Under the pieces are notes generated by a model. That model ran no database searches, was not told the DNA's origin, and worked only from the letters and a program-made list of their open reading frames with translations. Shown piece by piece: positions 37,541 through 50,182 of a DNA stretch of 64,000 bases (within the stretch, counting starts at the first letter, position 1; each line of letters starts with the position of its first letter). The stretch lies in contig KZ538346.1 in NCBI GenBank assembly GCA_000934665.2, forward strand, positions 1 through 64,000, given 5' to 3'. Made by a program: the position numbers and the translations under genes. The DNA comes from Catajapyx aquilonaris. Lineage: Eukaryota.

Positions 37541-40500
37541 ATGGCGGCGCCCCACTCTGATGATGAACATCGTGAAAAGGCCGCAGCAGCTGAAGCTGAT
37601 GAGGATCCAGTAGAGAAGCATTTGAAATCATTAGGCTGTCTGGAAAAACACTATAAGGTTCAGGTAAGGGCGGTTTTTTAGAGGGTTATTTCCTAAAGGG
37701 GATGCAATTCGAAATTTTCTGAGCTCAGGACCAGTCACTGGAAATACCATTTTTGGTCAGGCAGGATGCATATGGTGCTGGTTGCACAATCGCAGATAGA
37801 GCCATAAATCCCAGGTTTGCCGTTATTATTGTTGGCAACAATGAACCAGTCTATAGCGATGGCAAAGCCTGGGTTTAAGGCTAAACTTGTTCAACTCCAG
37901 TGTAGTTCGCCTACCGTCAAAAAGTGGAGTGGTAGGGGTAATAAACAAAATGTGATAAAAAATCTCCATTAACCCGTTCGCTACCAGATTGGCCTGAACC
38001 ACGTTGATTTTGGCTTATGTGTACTCACAAGGGAAGTGGATGTAAGGGTATCGGCCTATGGGCCCGAAAATGACACTTCAGGTAAATTGCTGGCCAGAAA
38101 TTCATTGCTGAAAATAAAAAGTGCCATTAGCCAAGCGTTTTCGAGATATGAGCGACAATAGGTGCACAGCAAACCTGCGCGCAGTCGGTAGAGCGTCCGC
38201 CTCATGTTCCAAAGTCTCCCTGTGAGTAGGCATATTCATAATTTTCGCCCATCCAGACTGTTTAGCAACACTGCAAATAGGTTGACATTGATATTTCTTC
38301 TCTCATTCGTGTCCTTGTCAACTTGCAATAACTGCTCAGTGAAACCTCAACCGTAAATGAACGCATGTACAGATAAACAAATAATTACGAAGGGACACGA
38401 ATAATTTATTATTTACTGAGCTTGTGACTATTCATTTTTCCAAATATGAAGCCATGGAGAGAGTAGGTAAGCATCGGCAGAAGATTAAAAAAGTAATGCA
38501 CTTCCCAGCAAGCTGTTTTATTCCTGTTGATTGCAAATTGCAAAGGGGAAGATATGCTGTGATAAACGGTGTTGGGAAAAAAGAATAAGAAAACGATGCT
38601 CCGAGGGCACATGAGGCGGACGCTCTACCTACTGCGCACAGATGTGCCGTGCACCTATCGTCGCTCATATCTTGAAAACGTTTGGCTAATGGCATTTTTT
38701 ATTTTCATCAATGAATTTCTGGCTTGCGATTTACCCGAAGTGTAATTTTCGGGCAGATTGGCCGATACCCCTACAGACACTTCCCTTCTGAGTGCCGGAT
38801 TTAACACCCCCCCCCCCCCNACACTTAAAAATTCCGCCCTTCGGCAATTGCCGTTTCTGCTTGTAGTGGTAAATCAAGCCCTCAAAAATATGATTTTCTT
38901 TGTGATCTCGCCTTTATTTCCTATTATTGTATTGAGAAATATTATTACAACTCGCAGCCGCCCCTAGGTCAGTGCCTACTGTGCCTAATGGGAAATCCGG
39001 CTCTGCGTGTACTTCTATGATAAGGACAAGATATTTTAATAACGGCTATATTTACCCGTTCAGGGAAAACACTATATATGTTTCGGGAGCAATATTAATC
39101 GTCTAGAAGTCCCTAAATTAATTTCCAAAAAAAGTATATGAAAACTCGAAATTCAGGTACTGCCGACCATCTCTTAGGCCAGTGGTTTCCAACCGGGGGG
39201 GTCGAAGGGGGTCGCTAGCCTTTGTCAAACTTGTTTTTTTTTTTTTTTGCAATTTCTGNNNNNNNNNNNNNNNNNNNNNNNNNNNNNNNNNNNNNNNNNN
39301 NNNNNNNNNNNNNNNNNNNNNNNNNNNNNNNNNNNNNCGGGGGGGGGGGGGTCGCACATTTATGGGAACATGTTTAGGGGGTCGCAGTTGGTAAAGGGTT
39401 GGAAACCACTGTGTTAGGCTGATTTAATTATGAAATGCTTGAAAATATGCGGAATAACAACCTTGAGAACCATGCCAGACAAATTTTCGAATAGATGCCC
39501 AGACATAATAGCCTGCCCTTAGACATATGAGGCAACACACACAACATCTCTTTGTAGGAGGATCCCCTCCAAGGCAAGAAAGCTGTTCCAGTGGTGTTTC
39601 ACTGATGCGCGTTTCTGCCAATCAAAGAAATAAATCTCCACAGTTTTGAAACACAGAATTGGTTTGCCATGTCTAGAAACACACAACAATGTTGTGATAT
39701 TGCAACCTTTCTTGGTCAATTGTATATGTGAGGAAGGTGGTGACCGAAGTGGAGGATTGAAGATATGTGCCATGTCTGCCACTTAGAGACATTATGCAAA
39801 AAGCAGATGTATATGGATATCTGGCCACGCCTTGTGAAAGTTTCCCATCATTTTATAACCTGTTGGAAGGGGCTGAACACAAAATAATGCATGGCAAACG
39901 CATTCCACTATCGTAAAAAGGTCTAGGCCTGTGTGTTCCACCCTCCCAGTAACAGTTTATTGGTTAGTTCATGTGATGTTTCCATTCTGGAAGTGATATT
40001 GGATCAAAGAGTCTGAATGTAGAATTTGAACTAGTAGAAATTGCATCAAGGACAATCATGCTTTTGACATTTGACAATGAACTTTAGGAAACATGACATA
40101 TAGAGTTTTAATTGCAGTTCATCAAATACACACACTGTACACCTTTTTTTTTTGAAAGCCACGTACTTGCTTCAATTTGCTGATATTGTTTTGTGAGGAT
40201 TGGTTTAAGTCACTGTAACATAGTTTAATATATTTAAATGGATCCCACCTCCTATTAGCCTTTCTTCATTGTCCTCATCTTTTATCTTTCTCTTGCGCTT
40301 TATGTCCCACTTCGAATATTGTGTACTGAGTATTGCTTTGAATTCACATAGATATTTTGGATAAACTCTTGTTTATCCGCACCTTAACAACATGGTCGGT
40401 GTTAGGCGGGTGGGGGGCCTCCCAACGGTTGGCAACTTTGCGTCGCAAACAATCGGGTGCCTATTGATACTGCTGCATGGTTACATGGAACTGTGCTGTA

Positions 40501-41735
40501 TTCTTCTTTTCGGGCTTTCGGGGATTCAATTCGGGATTTTGAGGTGATTAAGTGGATGGAATAGCCCTTTGTCTTGGTGTTGCTGTATGACTTTTTGTTA
40601 CCGCAACAGTACTGTACATGGTTGTGGCCCTGCCAGGCATGGTACGACGCCCGTGCGTGATATTTTTAGTTTTTGCGGAGCTGAGCGCTTAATGTGGGTT
40701 TCTGTATCCGCAACATTTACTGTCCGTCTTGTGGCGCCGCAGGCCAATGAACGCTATTGTGGCTTTGCCAAGCGCGAAGTACACCTTCACACAGTCCGTT
40801 AAACCAACGAACTACATGACGCCAAGTTCTGCCCGCCTCCACCCGGCTCTCCCCTCCAATCATACCCACGACTCACTCTGCAGGCATACTACTGCGCAGG
40901 CTCATAAAACACGCCTTATGGTGTGACATCATGTCGTTCTCTGGGTTAACGGACTGCAGCAACCATCATGGCTTTCATATTTCCCACCTCCTTCATTAAT
41001 ACTGTGGTCCTAGCACTCGTCTGAACGGTTCTAGTGGCAGGGGTAAGAAGACGCCCTTTATTATGCTCTCTCGGCAACCAGTTGTTTGCGACACGTAGCC
41101 AACGTGTTTGGAGCCCACGACGCCCTCCCAATCTCGCCGCGTCGCTAGGTGCGGATAAACGATAGACTTTCAGATATTTTTTTGTTACTGTTGATTGACA
41201 AGTGATTATTCATGAATGTTATTATTATGTACACCCCGCGAGCATAAAGATGGAGAGGGCAGGCTGCTCTGTCAATTACGGCAATTATGGTATCAAATAT
41301 ACTGTCAAAAATACACGAACACACGCCTGAAGCAGCAAACTCGATCCAAAAATAGTTCATTAATTTGAGTCGGATATAGAAAGGTCAAAAAAGGGTCTGC
41401 TGTCTCCATCTTTATGCTCGCGGGGGTACATGCAACTACAACCTGTCATGTTTTTGTTTTTACTATGTATTCAACACTGAATTGTAATTTCTCATAGTAT
41501 TATCAGTGACGGCAAGTTCTCTCCGTCATAAGGGGAAATAACCCCAGACCTTAATAAATATTATTATTATCATTATTAGTATTAATTTTAGCTTCAAAGC
41601 TTAACTGTCTCTCTACTTGTGCAGGATTGCATTGCACACCACCGCGATTGGAGGCAGTGTCAAGAGGAAGTCAAGCAGTTTCGTGCTTGTATGACTTTAC
41701 ATCAGAAGCGCCTGGAAGATAGGAGTCCCCAATAA
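37541..41735 (+). CDS. COA4: Cytochrome c oxidase assembly factor 4 (twin CX9C protein), 77 aa; exons 37541-37663, 41625-41735
   Basis: Manual translation: MAAPHSDDEHREKAAAAEADEDPVEKHLKSLGCLEKHYKVQ|DCIAHHRDWRQCQEEVKQFRACMTLHQKRLEDRSPQ*. C-X9-C-X9-C-X9-C spacing and DWRQC motif; CAG|GTAAGG donor and TGCAG acceptor, phase 0. Confidence 0.9.
38022..38794. mobile_element. Non-autonomous element with ~190-bp TIRs in the COA4 intron
   Basis: 38022-38215 is reverse-complementary to 38600-38794. Confidence 0.75.
39180..39411. mobile_element. hAT-like MITE (contains an N-gap)
   Basis: CAGTGGTTTCCAACC TIRs; 8-bp TSD TCTTAGGC/TGTTAGGC. Confidence 0.7.
41229..41431. mobile_element. MITE with ~35-bp TIRs
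   Basis: CCCCGCGAGCATAAAGATGGAGA ... TCTCCATCTTTATGCTCGCGGGG. Confidence 0.7.
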
Positions 41736-41746
41736 GCCAACTGAAC

Positions 41747-42223
41747 ATGGATAGAAGTGCAACCGCATGGTGGGCCACGACAGTGGTATGCTCCTTTGGG
41801 GTTGGAGTTGTAGCTGGTACCCTAATTCGACGATGGAGTCACATCTTCAGATCCAGATCAGCTGTTGTGGGTCCATGCAAAATGGTACTTGTAGTTCGAA
41901 ATGACATACGCATGACGAAGGGAAAGATTGCAGCCCAGTGTTGCCATGCTGCAGTAGCCTGTTTTCGAAAGGCCAGCGAACAGGCTCCAGAATTACTAGA
42001 TGCATGGCGTAATAGCGGATCTCCCAAGATTTGCTTGAAAGTGGAGAACAAGGAGATACTGTTGGAACTTCATGGGAAAGCTGAGACAGTGGGTGTGATC
42101 AGTGCTTACATTCGGGATGCAGGTCATACCCAGGTTAGCCCAGGGACCATTACAGTATTAGGTATTGGTCCCGCTGAGGATAATGACGTTGATGAAATCA
42201 CTGGTAACCTAAAATTACTGTGA
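41747..42223 (+). CDS. PTRH2: Peptidyl-tRNA hydrolase 2 (Pth2/Bit1), 158 aa, intronless
   Basis: N-terminal hydrophobic anchor, KMVLVVRNDIRMTKGKIAAQCCHA, PKICLKV, IRDAGHTQV, TVLGIGP, ITGNLKLL. AATAAA at 42252-42257. Confidence 0.93.
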   Translation: MDRSATAWWATTVVCSFGVGVVAGTLIRRWSHIFRSRSAVVGPCKMVLVVRNDIRMTKGKIAAQCCHAAVACFRKASEQAPELLDAWRNSGSPKICLKVENKEILLELHGKAETVGVISAYIRDAGHTQVSPGTITVLGIGPAEDNDVDEITGNLKLL

Positions 42224-42395
42224 TGGTATGTATCATTGTGCCTCAGTCATGAATAAAACTTGTTGAATACAATCTGACTTGCTAGGCCGTCTTATGCCAT
42301 GTGGCACCATCACAGGATTCAAGTAAAACCTGCATTGGTGCAACCTGGCTCATCCTTTTCTCTGTAACCCTGCAGATTCATCTTTTCATATTGAC

Positions 42396-42798
42396 CAATG
42401 GTTCCCAACCCTAGGGTCGCGACCCAAAATTATGTAGCCAACATGTGTTTAAGTGTCGCAAGGAAGGTCAGGAAAATGAATTATTTATTTATTTACATTA
42501 CCCCATTTTAGGGCTGGGCCCTTTTAGGAAGGGGAAATTAATTAAATTAAGGGAAAAGGGGAAGAAGAAAAATAAGGCAAAGAAGAAAAATTCATCTCAA
42601 ATCTACATAAGCATTGTACTGCACCTGGTTGAGCATTTTGGCAATTTAAAAAATTTGCAGGGTAAAATATAGAGATCGGGTGGGGTGGGGGGGGGGGGGG
42701 GGNNNNGGGGGGGGGGGGGGGGAAAGGGGGTCATAAGGGTCACCAGGCCAAGGAAAGGTAGTTTGGGTTGTGACAAAAAAAAAGGTTGGGAACCACTG
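42396..42798. mobile_element. hAT-like MITE
   Basis: CAATGGTTCCCAACC/GGTTGGGAACCACTG TIRs; perfect 8-bp TSD ATATTGAC. Confidence 0.8.
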
Positions 42799-42954
42799 AT
42801 ATTGACCATTAGTACAAGTACAGTACAATACTCAAACCAATTCAGGACATAGAACATCATTTTGATTTGTAATGAAAAATAAGTTTCATTTTTAAAGTGG
42901 CACCATTGTAGGGTAAACCATACAGTGATGGCCCACTGTGCCTTAGTTCTTTAA

Positions 42955-43368
42955 AGGGACACTCCACTCAAAAAACAAGTTTGGCTCTAAAAATCGGGTA
43001 AAAAATCCTGAATGTGTCAGTGCAATTCGTTTTTTACTATGCGGAACGGTAATCCCAGGGCGAGGTGTCAAAGTGTGTCGTCTGCTAATGAGTGGCGCCG
43101 CCACACGTGGAACAGGGGAACTGGAGGGCTGCACCGCTCTGGGATGAGCCTAAGCGCGCGGGACGGCGGGAGCAGCCATCCAGTTCCCAAGGTCCCGAGG
43201 GGGTCGCTGGCGGACGGCCAGCTTCTAGCGCACTATTTGAATTTCCCCACTTTGACCCCTTGCCCTGGGATTACCGTTCCACGTAGCGAAAAACGGATTA
43301 CACCTTCGGATTCAGGATTTTTTGCCCGATGTTTAGAACCAAACTTGTTTTTTGAGTGGCGTGTCCCT
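42955..43368. mobile_element. MITE with ~120-bp TIRs at a TTAA site (Kolobok-like ends)
   Basis: TTAA-AGGGACACTCCACTCAAAAAACAAG... and its reverse complement. Confidence 0.7.
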
Positions 43369-43474
43369 TTCAGAAATAAGCCCTGCTAATGCCATACCAT
43401 GAATCAATGGACATGCTGTGACACCTGCCGTCCCTGGCTTGAACTTGGTCAAAAATCCGTCCACAGATATAATT

Positions 43475-44185
43475 ATACAAGGGGATTTCATAAAGTTCGC
43501 GCCTTTGGGTTGAAGGAAATGAGAGAAATGGTTCAAATTGCACACATGTATTTGTCCTTCTCTCTATATGAACCCTGCAAAGCCACCCATTTTCCCCAGT
43601 GATTCACGACCTGTGGGACACCATCATTTTAGAAGTTGACACTTTGTGCTTGAAAAAAGTTTTCAACCTCAGTGATCACCCCCCTCGTTGCTTTCAAAAT
43701 GATTCCCACACAGTGCTGGTTGCTTCACGTGCGAAAGAGGAAGAAGTTTCCAGGGCGAGGTCCAGGGAATGTGGCAGATGGGGCAGAATATTGTACCCCA
43801 ACTGGCCAGCACTGCCACATTTGCATGGGCAGAATGAGCAGGTGTGTTGTCGTGCACATCTTGCGTCACCATTCCTCGTCTCTTGCGCTTGATCTGGTGA
43901 TGCAGCTTTTACAGGAGGTCTTGATAATTCTGCCCTGTGATGGTCTGACCTTTTCGTGCCTAATTAGTCCTGATAAATCTGCGGGAATTTTAAAAAACCA
44001 CTGAGCATAACCTCTCCAGATGATGGCTGCATCCTGGCCTTCTTCGGCGGAGAGGAACATCGGCAACATTTCCTAAGCCTTTCCGAGGTTGAAAACCTTT
44101 TTCAAGCTCAAAGTGTCGACTTGGGCATTAATGGTGTCCCACAAGTCATGCATAGCTGGGCAAAATGTGTGGCTTTGCAGGGATA
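43475..44185 (-). pseudogene. Rearranged mariner transposase remnant
   Basis: HDNTPAHSA motif on minus strand; internal inverted duplication 43572-43680 / 44083-44182. Confidence 0.6.
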
Positions 44186-45580
44186 ATTTTTTTTAATTTG
44201 TTTTTTATTTGTTTTACCCATGATAGGCCTACATAGGCCCTGTTTGGGGGTGGTACACCACCATCAATTTTCTTGTATCATTTTTCTTTCCTCCAGTGCA
44301 AGGGGACTGGATAGGGATAATGAGGGGGGGACACTGGTGCAGGTGCAATGTCTAACGATTGATGGCGTCGTGGTTGGATGATGATGATGGTGACTTCATT
44401 ACTAGATGATTGGTGATGTGATGTCGGAACGATTGATAGCGTGTTGACTGGATGACTGGTGGCCTGATTGTTTGATACTGGAGGTTCTTGAACTGGTTGA
44501 CTGGTTGGACTGGTTTCAAATCTGGAAGCTCGACGCTTATTGCCAACGATTTAAAATTGATTGTTGCAGTTGATTTTGTGTATTGTTTAGTCTAAGGACT
44601 TGGGAATCTTAATGGTTGGAAAGTTCAATAAACACCTTATAGTCTACAGTCGTCTAGCGGTCACTTGCAATAGTGTCCCAGTAGCGAGACACATACTGTA
44701 GGTGTTTAATTTGTGCGGGTGCTGTTTTCCCCACCATATTCGATAAGTTGAATATTTTTCTTGGTCCCATGGTGGTTTGAGTTATCGGGATTTCACTGTA
44801 CTTGTATGAGGCTGCACCATTAATGTGCAGACTCCTCCTACAACATGAAATTAAGGGGTGTCCCAAGATACCTCATCTAGTGGGGTGACTCTGGACAGCA
44901 AAGATAGTTTAGTTTCACATCAAAAAACAACTGTTATGTGAACAACTGTTCTGTTCTTCAATAAAGTACATATTTCCTAACTGTCTTAAGTAAATCTATT
45001 CAGAATTTTCCATCAATGTCTGAATGGGGCAGCTGAAAAACTGCCAAAAAGCATCCTGTCTTCTACAGTATAGTAAGACTAACCTTACCAAGAAATTGTC
45101 TTCACAAACTTATTTCCCATTTTTGGGCATGTGCATGAAGAAATGAAGCATTTTTGTTCTATACTGGCTCTATGGCACACCATGTCTAGAGAATAATCAA
45201 AAATTCACACCATACAAAATCCTGCAGTAAAAAAAAACGTGTTACAGAAAATGGAAACGCAGTGTAAATTTACAATAAAGTTTATTAATCTTGATATATA
45301 AATGGAGTACCAGTACAGTATTGATTCCTGATTTCATAACAAGCAAAACACCTATTGGATTGATGGACAAAATATATGTAACTCTGATCCATACAGAAGA
45401 ACTACATAAAACTAATCGTGGCAACATATTATTTTAACTTAACCAGAGAAAACACTGTCAGATGCCCTTGTTGGTTTCATTCCTGAAATTGGCAGTGGTT
45501 CAATTGTCAACTTTCAGTACTTGAAGGAAAATATGTTCACTGTAACACTTAAAATAGTAGAAGCACTTATGAATTCAAAT

Positions 45581-46861
45581 TCACCGCTCCAATACCCGCC
45601 GCAGGACCTGCTCCAGCGGGTCCTTCTTGAAATGTGCACTGCGAAGGAAATCATCCCGGGCTGTCTTGGCCAAAAGCACTTCCAGGTTACCTCGGAAGTT
45701 TTCTTCTGGAGTTCCTGCTATTTCTGTACTTATGCCACACTTCCTGACCACACTGTCCAGAAGTTTTTGAGTTGTTACCTTTGGCCACCCCAAAGCTTTA
45801 AGGCGTTGAGGTCCTAGCAAATATTGCAAATATTCTTGCACATCTCGAGTGAATGTGTCTTGCAGCTGTATCAACTGGCGGAACTCACGGAATGACCATG
45901 AAATGGTTTTGGGTGACTTACTATTCCCAGAAAATTCTGAGAGAGCCTTGCGATAAAATAAATGCTTGTACATAACATCATTCTCTGAATGTGTCCGTAC
46001 ATGTCTCATCATAGTTGTCAGGTCTGAAGCTATGGACATGCACACAACACATAACAGCTTAGCCTTATGAAGTGATATATATGCACATCTGTTAGGAGTA
46101 GACGATATGTGGGACAAAAAATGTTGGATTGAGCCTGACTCAGGGGGAGTTTCATAGCACATCTGACAACTCTTTTGACCAAAGGATGCCATCTTCAGCA
46201 TGCGCTTTAACAGCTTAATCGGATGGGCTGACATGGTGTGATGATGGGTAGCACGTAAAGAACCGAACAATTCATGACATAAAGCACAGTAGAATTTAGC
46301 TTGCAACTTACCACTATGCACCTCCCGCACTTTGCAAGCATAAAATGCATCGCAAATCAGGGTTTGGTATGATTGGCACTTATGCTTTCTCAGGTCACAA
46401 ATCTCATTGCATTTGCGGCATAACAGCAAAGGTTTTGAGCCTTTACGCCTAAGTGAATCAGGTTTGCTCTTGATGAATGTCCTGAGCTGCGTCACTTTTG
46501 AATCCTGATCATACTTCGCAGTTCTGGAAGGGGCAAGCCTCTTTTTTGGAGTGGCTGTTTTTTTAATTATATGCTGACATTCTATATGGCTTGTATATCC
46601 TGTAAATTTGCGGAAACTACATCCACAAGGAAGACAAACATGCAGTTTCCCAACAGGTGTTCGGGAATAGTAATGCCCCTTCTTGGTCCTGCCCTGCAAG
46701 CGTGAGTCACTTGCATGTTCCTTAGCACAAGGTTCCAGCTTCCTCTGATGGTTGGACAAGCTGCTTCTCTTGAGAAATGCTCGGGAGCATCTACAGCACA
46801 TGTAGTATTTAATGCCTCTGAACACAAATTCTCCTTGTTTAATGGCAGAGGCAGTCGGCAT
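45581..46861 (-). CDS. C2H2-type zinc-finger protein with dispersed fingers, 426 aa ORF; upstream exons unresolved
   Basis: Fingers such as CLPCGCSFRKFTGYTSHIECQH, CALCHELFGSLRATHHHTMSAH, CVVCMSIASDLTTMMRHVRTH and further degenerate ones. A TTTTCAG acceptor lies directly before the ATG. Confidence 0.75.
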   Translation of the reverse strand: MPTASAIKQGEFVFRGIKYYMCCRCSRAFLKRSSLSNHQRKLEPCAKEHASDSRLQGRTKKGHYYSRTPVGKLHVCLPCGCSFRKFTGYTSHIECQHIIKKTATPKKRLAPSRTAKYDQDSKVTQLRTFIKSKPDSLRRKGSKPLLLCRKCNEICDLRKHKCQSYQTLICDAFYACKVREVHSGKLQAKFYCALCHELFGSLRATHHHTMSAHPIKLLKRMLKMASFGQKSCQMCYETPPESGSIQHFLSHISSTPNRCAYISLHKAKLLCVVCMSIASDLTTMMRHVRTHSENDVMYKHLFYRKALSEFSGNSKSPKTISWSFREFRQLIQLQDTFTRDVQEYLQYLLGPQRLKALGWPKVTTQKLLDSVVRKCGISTEIAGTPEENFRGNLEVLLAKTARDDFLRSAHFKKDPLEQVLRRVLER

Positions 46862-47463
46862 CTGAAAATGTCATAAGAGGATGTCAGCATGTGTAACAAT
46901 GGTGACTGATTTCTACAAATTGTTGCATATAATAATAAAAATAATAAAAATAGGGTCATTCAAAAGAAACGAGAAAAGTGGAATAAGTAATTTATCATTT
47001 TACTGGATGTTTGCAATGATGTTTGAGAAGAATAAGTGCATATTCATATGGCATTCCCAGGTTCAGGAAGTTTGCTGTTAGGTTGATTTGTACAGTAGCT
47101 GTGCAAGGATGGCTGTGCCCTATATGGCAGGCACCAAGGAGAAGAAAGCTATTATTAAGTTTTGGGCAATGAATGGATAAAACCCATGGAAATACATTGG
47201 CAAATGCAAGCACTACATTGATCTCCCATGTGTACCTGGCTGCTAGTGTTGTAAAATATTCCAGAAAGATTAATTTGGTCTGAGACACACTGCTGCCAGC
47301 CCAGTTGAATGCAGCCATAACATCAGGAATTTTTTTACAGCATTTGTAGACTGAGAGATACATGCTGTTCATACATATTCATTAATACGTTTAGTTGGGT
47401 TTTGTACATTTTATGCACAATACTGCTCTCCTCATTGGTGACTATCAGAATGGGTGCATCATG

Positions 47464-47640
47464 TACAATGTTGGACATAAATCGAGGCATACTGCTAGTG
47501 ACATTTTCCGAAGCGGCAGAAGAAGGAATCTTGCTCGCCCGACTTGCAGTATCCATATCTTCGATTCCTTCTTCTGCCGATTCGGAAAATGTCACTAGCC
47601 ACCAGTGCCTCGAATGCCTCGATTTATGTCCAACACTGTA
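47464..47640. mobile_element. Tc1-type palindromic MITE
   Basis: TA-CA(A/G)TGTTGGACATAAATCGAGGCA TIRs of ~65 bp. Confidence 0.75.
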
Positions 47641-48046
47641 TAAACAGATGATGCTGTCCAATCAACCCTCCACTAAGCAACAAACTTGGAAGTTGAATAC
47701 CACACAAATCCATAACTTTTCCTTTCAAACACCAACCCAAACTAGTTTTTAAACAATGTTATTGCATTTTTCTCCTGTTCATTGAGCTTGCTGCTCATCC
47801 TTGGTGTGTGTCTGAAGGCATGCTGCCATCTTTACAAAGCTACTGTCTGACTCCCCCTCCACCTATTGACAACCTGACTGAAGTTATAAGTACCATAGGG
47901 GCCGTCCATAATCCACGCGGACAAGTGAGGGGGGGGGGGGNGGGTAGAAGTCTGTTGTACGCGCGGACAATAAACGTCAAATTAATATTAAGGACTTGGC
48001 CGTTTTTTAGTCAGACCCATCAAATATATCGTAATACCTATGAAAA

Positions 48047-48390
48047 AGGGAGACGGAGTGGCGCCGCGGTAACGCGCGCGCCCACGGAAGTTAAGGTCCC
48101 GGGTTCGATCCCCACCCGGGGTTCCCACCTTCTTTCGTGCAGAGTTGGGCCATCTCTGGCTTCGTTTCGGGTGGCAATTTCCGATAGACTAAGCCACCCG
48201 GGGGAGTTCACAAAATGACCAATTAACGACAGCGCATATGCACTTTGCACATCCCCTCCTAACGACCCGTGAAACACACTAAATACTTTCAGTATACTAG
48301 TTTCACCACAGATGGTGGTAGCCCACCCCCCTAAACGAGCCTCAGGCTCGAGCACGGGGTATCAATAAAAATAATAAAAAATAAAAAAAA
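48047..48390 (+). mobile_element. Full-length tRNA-derived SINE (family B); near-identical copy at 48567-48790
   Basis: A/B boxes, A-rich tail, TSD AATACCTATGAAAAA. Confidence 0.85.
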
Positions 48391-49900
48391 TACCTATGAA
48401 AAAAGGAATTTGTGTGTAGATATCAAAAAATAAAAATACCAATGTATTGAAAATAACACTTTCAGTGTGGCGAGGGAGGGGGGGGGGGGGGNNNNNNNNN
48501 NNNNNNNNNNNNNNNNNNNNNNNNNNNNNNNNNNNNNNNNNNNNNNNNNNNNNNNNNNNNNNNNTGAGGGAGACGGAGTGGCGCCGCGGTAACGCGCGCG
48601 CCCACGGAAGTTAAGGTCCCGGGTTCAATCCCCACCCGGGGTTCCCACCTTCTTTCGTGCAGAGTTGGGCCATCTCTGGCTTCGTTTCGGGTGGCAATTT
48701 CCGATAGACTAAGCCACCCGGGGGAGTTCACAAAATGACCACTACTCGACAGCGCACACGCACTTTGCACATCCCCTCCTAACTACCTTGGAGAATATTA
48801 ACAAGTTTAATCTTGACTCGCTCCAAAAAAATAATTCCGATGGTGGTAATCCACCCCCCATATATGTGTAGATATGGGGTAATGCCAAAAAACAAAAAAA
48901 AACAAAAAAAAAATTGATCAAGCTGTGTAATAATAAGAAGGAGAAAGACATATTATTGACATTGGCAGATTGGAAGGACCACAACCGAGGGGTCCGACAT
49001 TCAAAGAGGATCTCGTACGCAGCTACGAAGGATCACAGGATCAAAGGGGGGATCGGGGATCGGGAGGTGGATCTGAGAGAGGATCATAAAGAGGATCGGA
49101 GGATCGGAGAGAAGATCGGTGGAGGGGGGAAAGGGGGGAACGAAGCAGGCGGAATTCCCCGCTCCTACGAACAAAACGTGGGGTCATTTCCTACATATTC
49201 ACCTATGGAATGTGACACAGACTCAACAGAATGTGACTTGCCATCACACTATGTGGAGTATACAGATGTGGTCCACACTCACACCATCCTTGTTTCATAA
49301 AAAAGACTAGTGCAGTTTGGTTACTCACAGAGGGTGATCGAGTCACTCGAGATAGACTCGATAGGGTGAAAACAAGTGCAGGGGGAGTCAGAAAAGGCAA
49401 TGACGAGGAGGGGATATCTGGAAGTAGTACCAGTGTGCAGCCGGAGCCTCATATCAGTAAGAACATACGCGTTGGTGAGATATGCGCATTTCGAACATTT
49501 AAATGTGAAAAGAAAAAGAAACATCCTGGGAAACGTCGGCAGGATATGTATTATTTAGGAATTATACATCAGTTTTCCTACATGGTAGGACCCTCAGAAA
49601 AATCAAGGAGCACCTACGTACGTATAATTTGACAGTTTTTAAAATTCTACTGCTCAAGTACGAGTGACATAGGGTATGTCATCACCTGTTTCGAGTATTC
49701 ATATGCAAGCTGAAGTGTGCATTTTCAGACAAGCACATATGGAAGTCATGTATGCTATTGCTACTGTAAAAGCAACAATGATGATAATTTCCCATAATGC
49801 CAATAATTGTAACACAAGAACATTAATTTTGACAAGAGCCAGACAATGCATGCTCTTGATCAGCTAGATAACGTGTTGTAACAGGCAACTCTGCCTTTAA

Positions 49901-50182
49901 CCCTGGAACCGTGCCGTGCCTACGAGCATTATGGCAACCGTGCCGTGGGGTCTTTTCGGACCCCACCATATTTTAATTTTTATTAATTATTATATAATAA
50001 TTTTCGATGTATTGACTATATACAATCATTCTTTGAACAATGCCTAAAAGGATCGCTAATTCAAAATAAACCTGCACTTCCTGTTATATACTGTAAAAAA
50101 ATGGCGAACGTTCATTGTAATGATCATTTTAATGCATTTTTTTCCTTGGGGTCCTAAAAGACCCCACGCCACGGTTCCAGGG
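49901..50182. mobile_element. piggyBac-like MITE
   Basis: TTAA-CCCTGGAACCGTG TIR plus subterminal GGGGTC...GACCCC repeats. Confidence 0.7.

Noticed and set aside
41720..41750. Readthrough or frameshift fusion of COA4 and PTRH2
   Set aside because: Different frames, in-frame TGA just after the COA4 stop, TAG at 41720 in the PTRH2 frame, no slippery heptamer.
42680..42730. G-quadruplex-like poly-G tracts (also ~48475, 56035, 60700, 62950)
   Set aside because: Inside MITEs and often next to Ns; lengths unreliable.
47335..47752. Overlapping ORFs on both strands as zinc-finger gene exons
   Set aside because: They arise from the palindromic MITE at 47464-47640.
48490..48790. Tandem SINE duplication
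   Set aside because: Second copy abuts an N-gap and poly-G run, so adjacency may be an assembly join.
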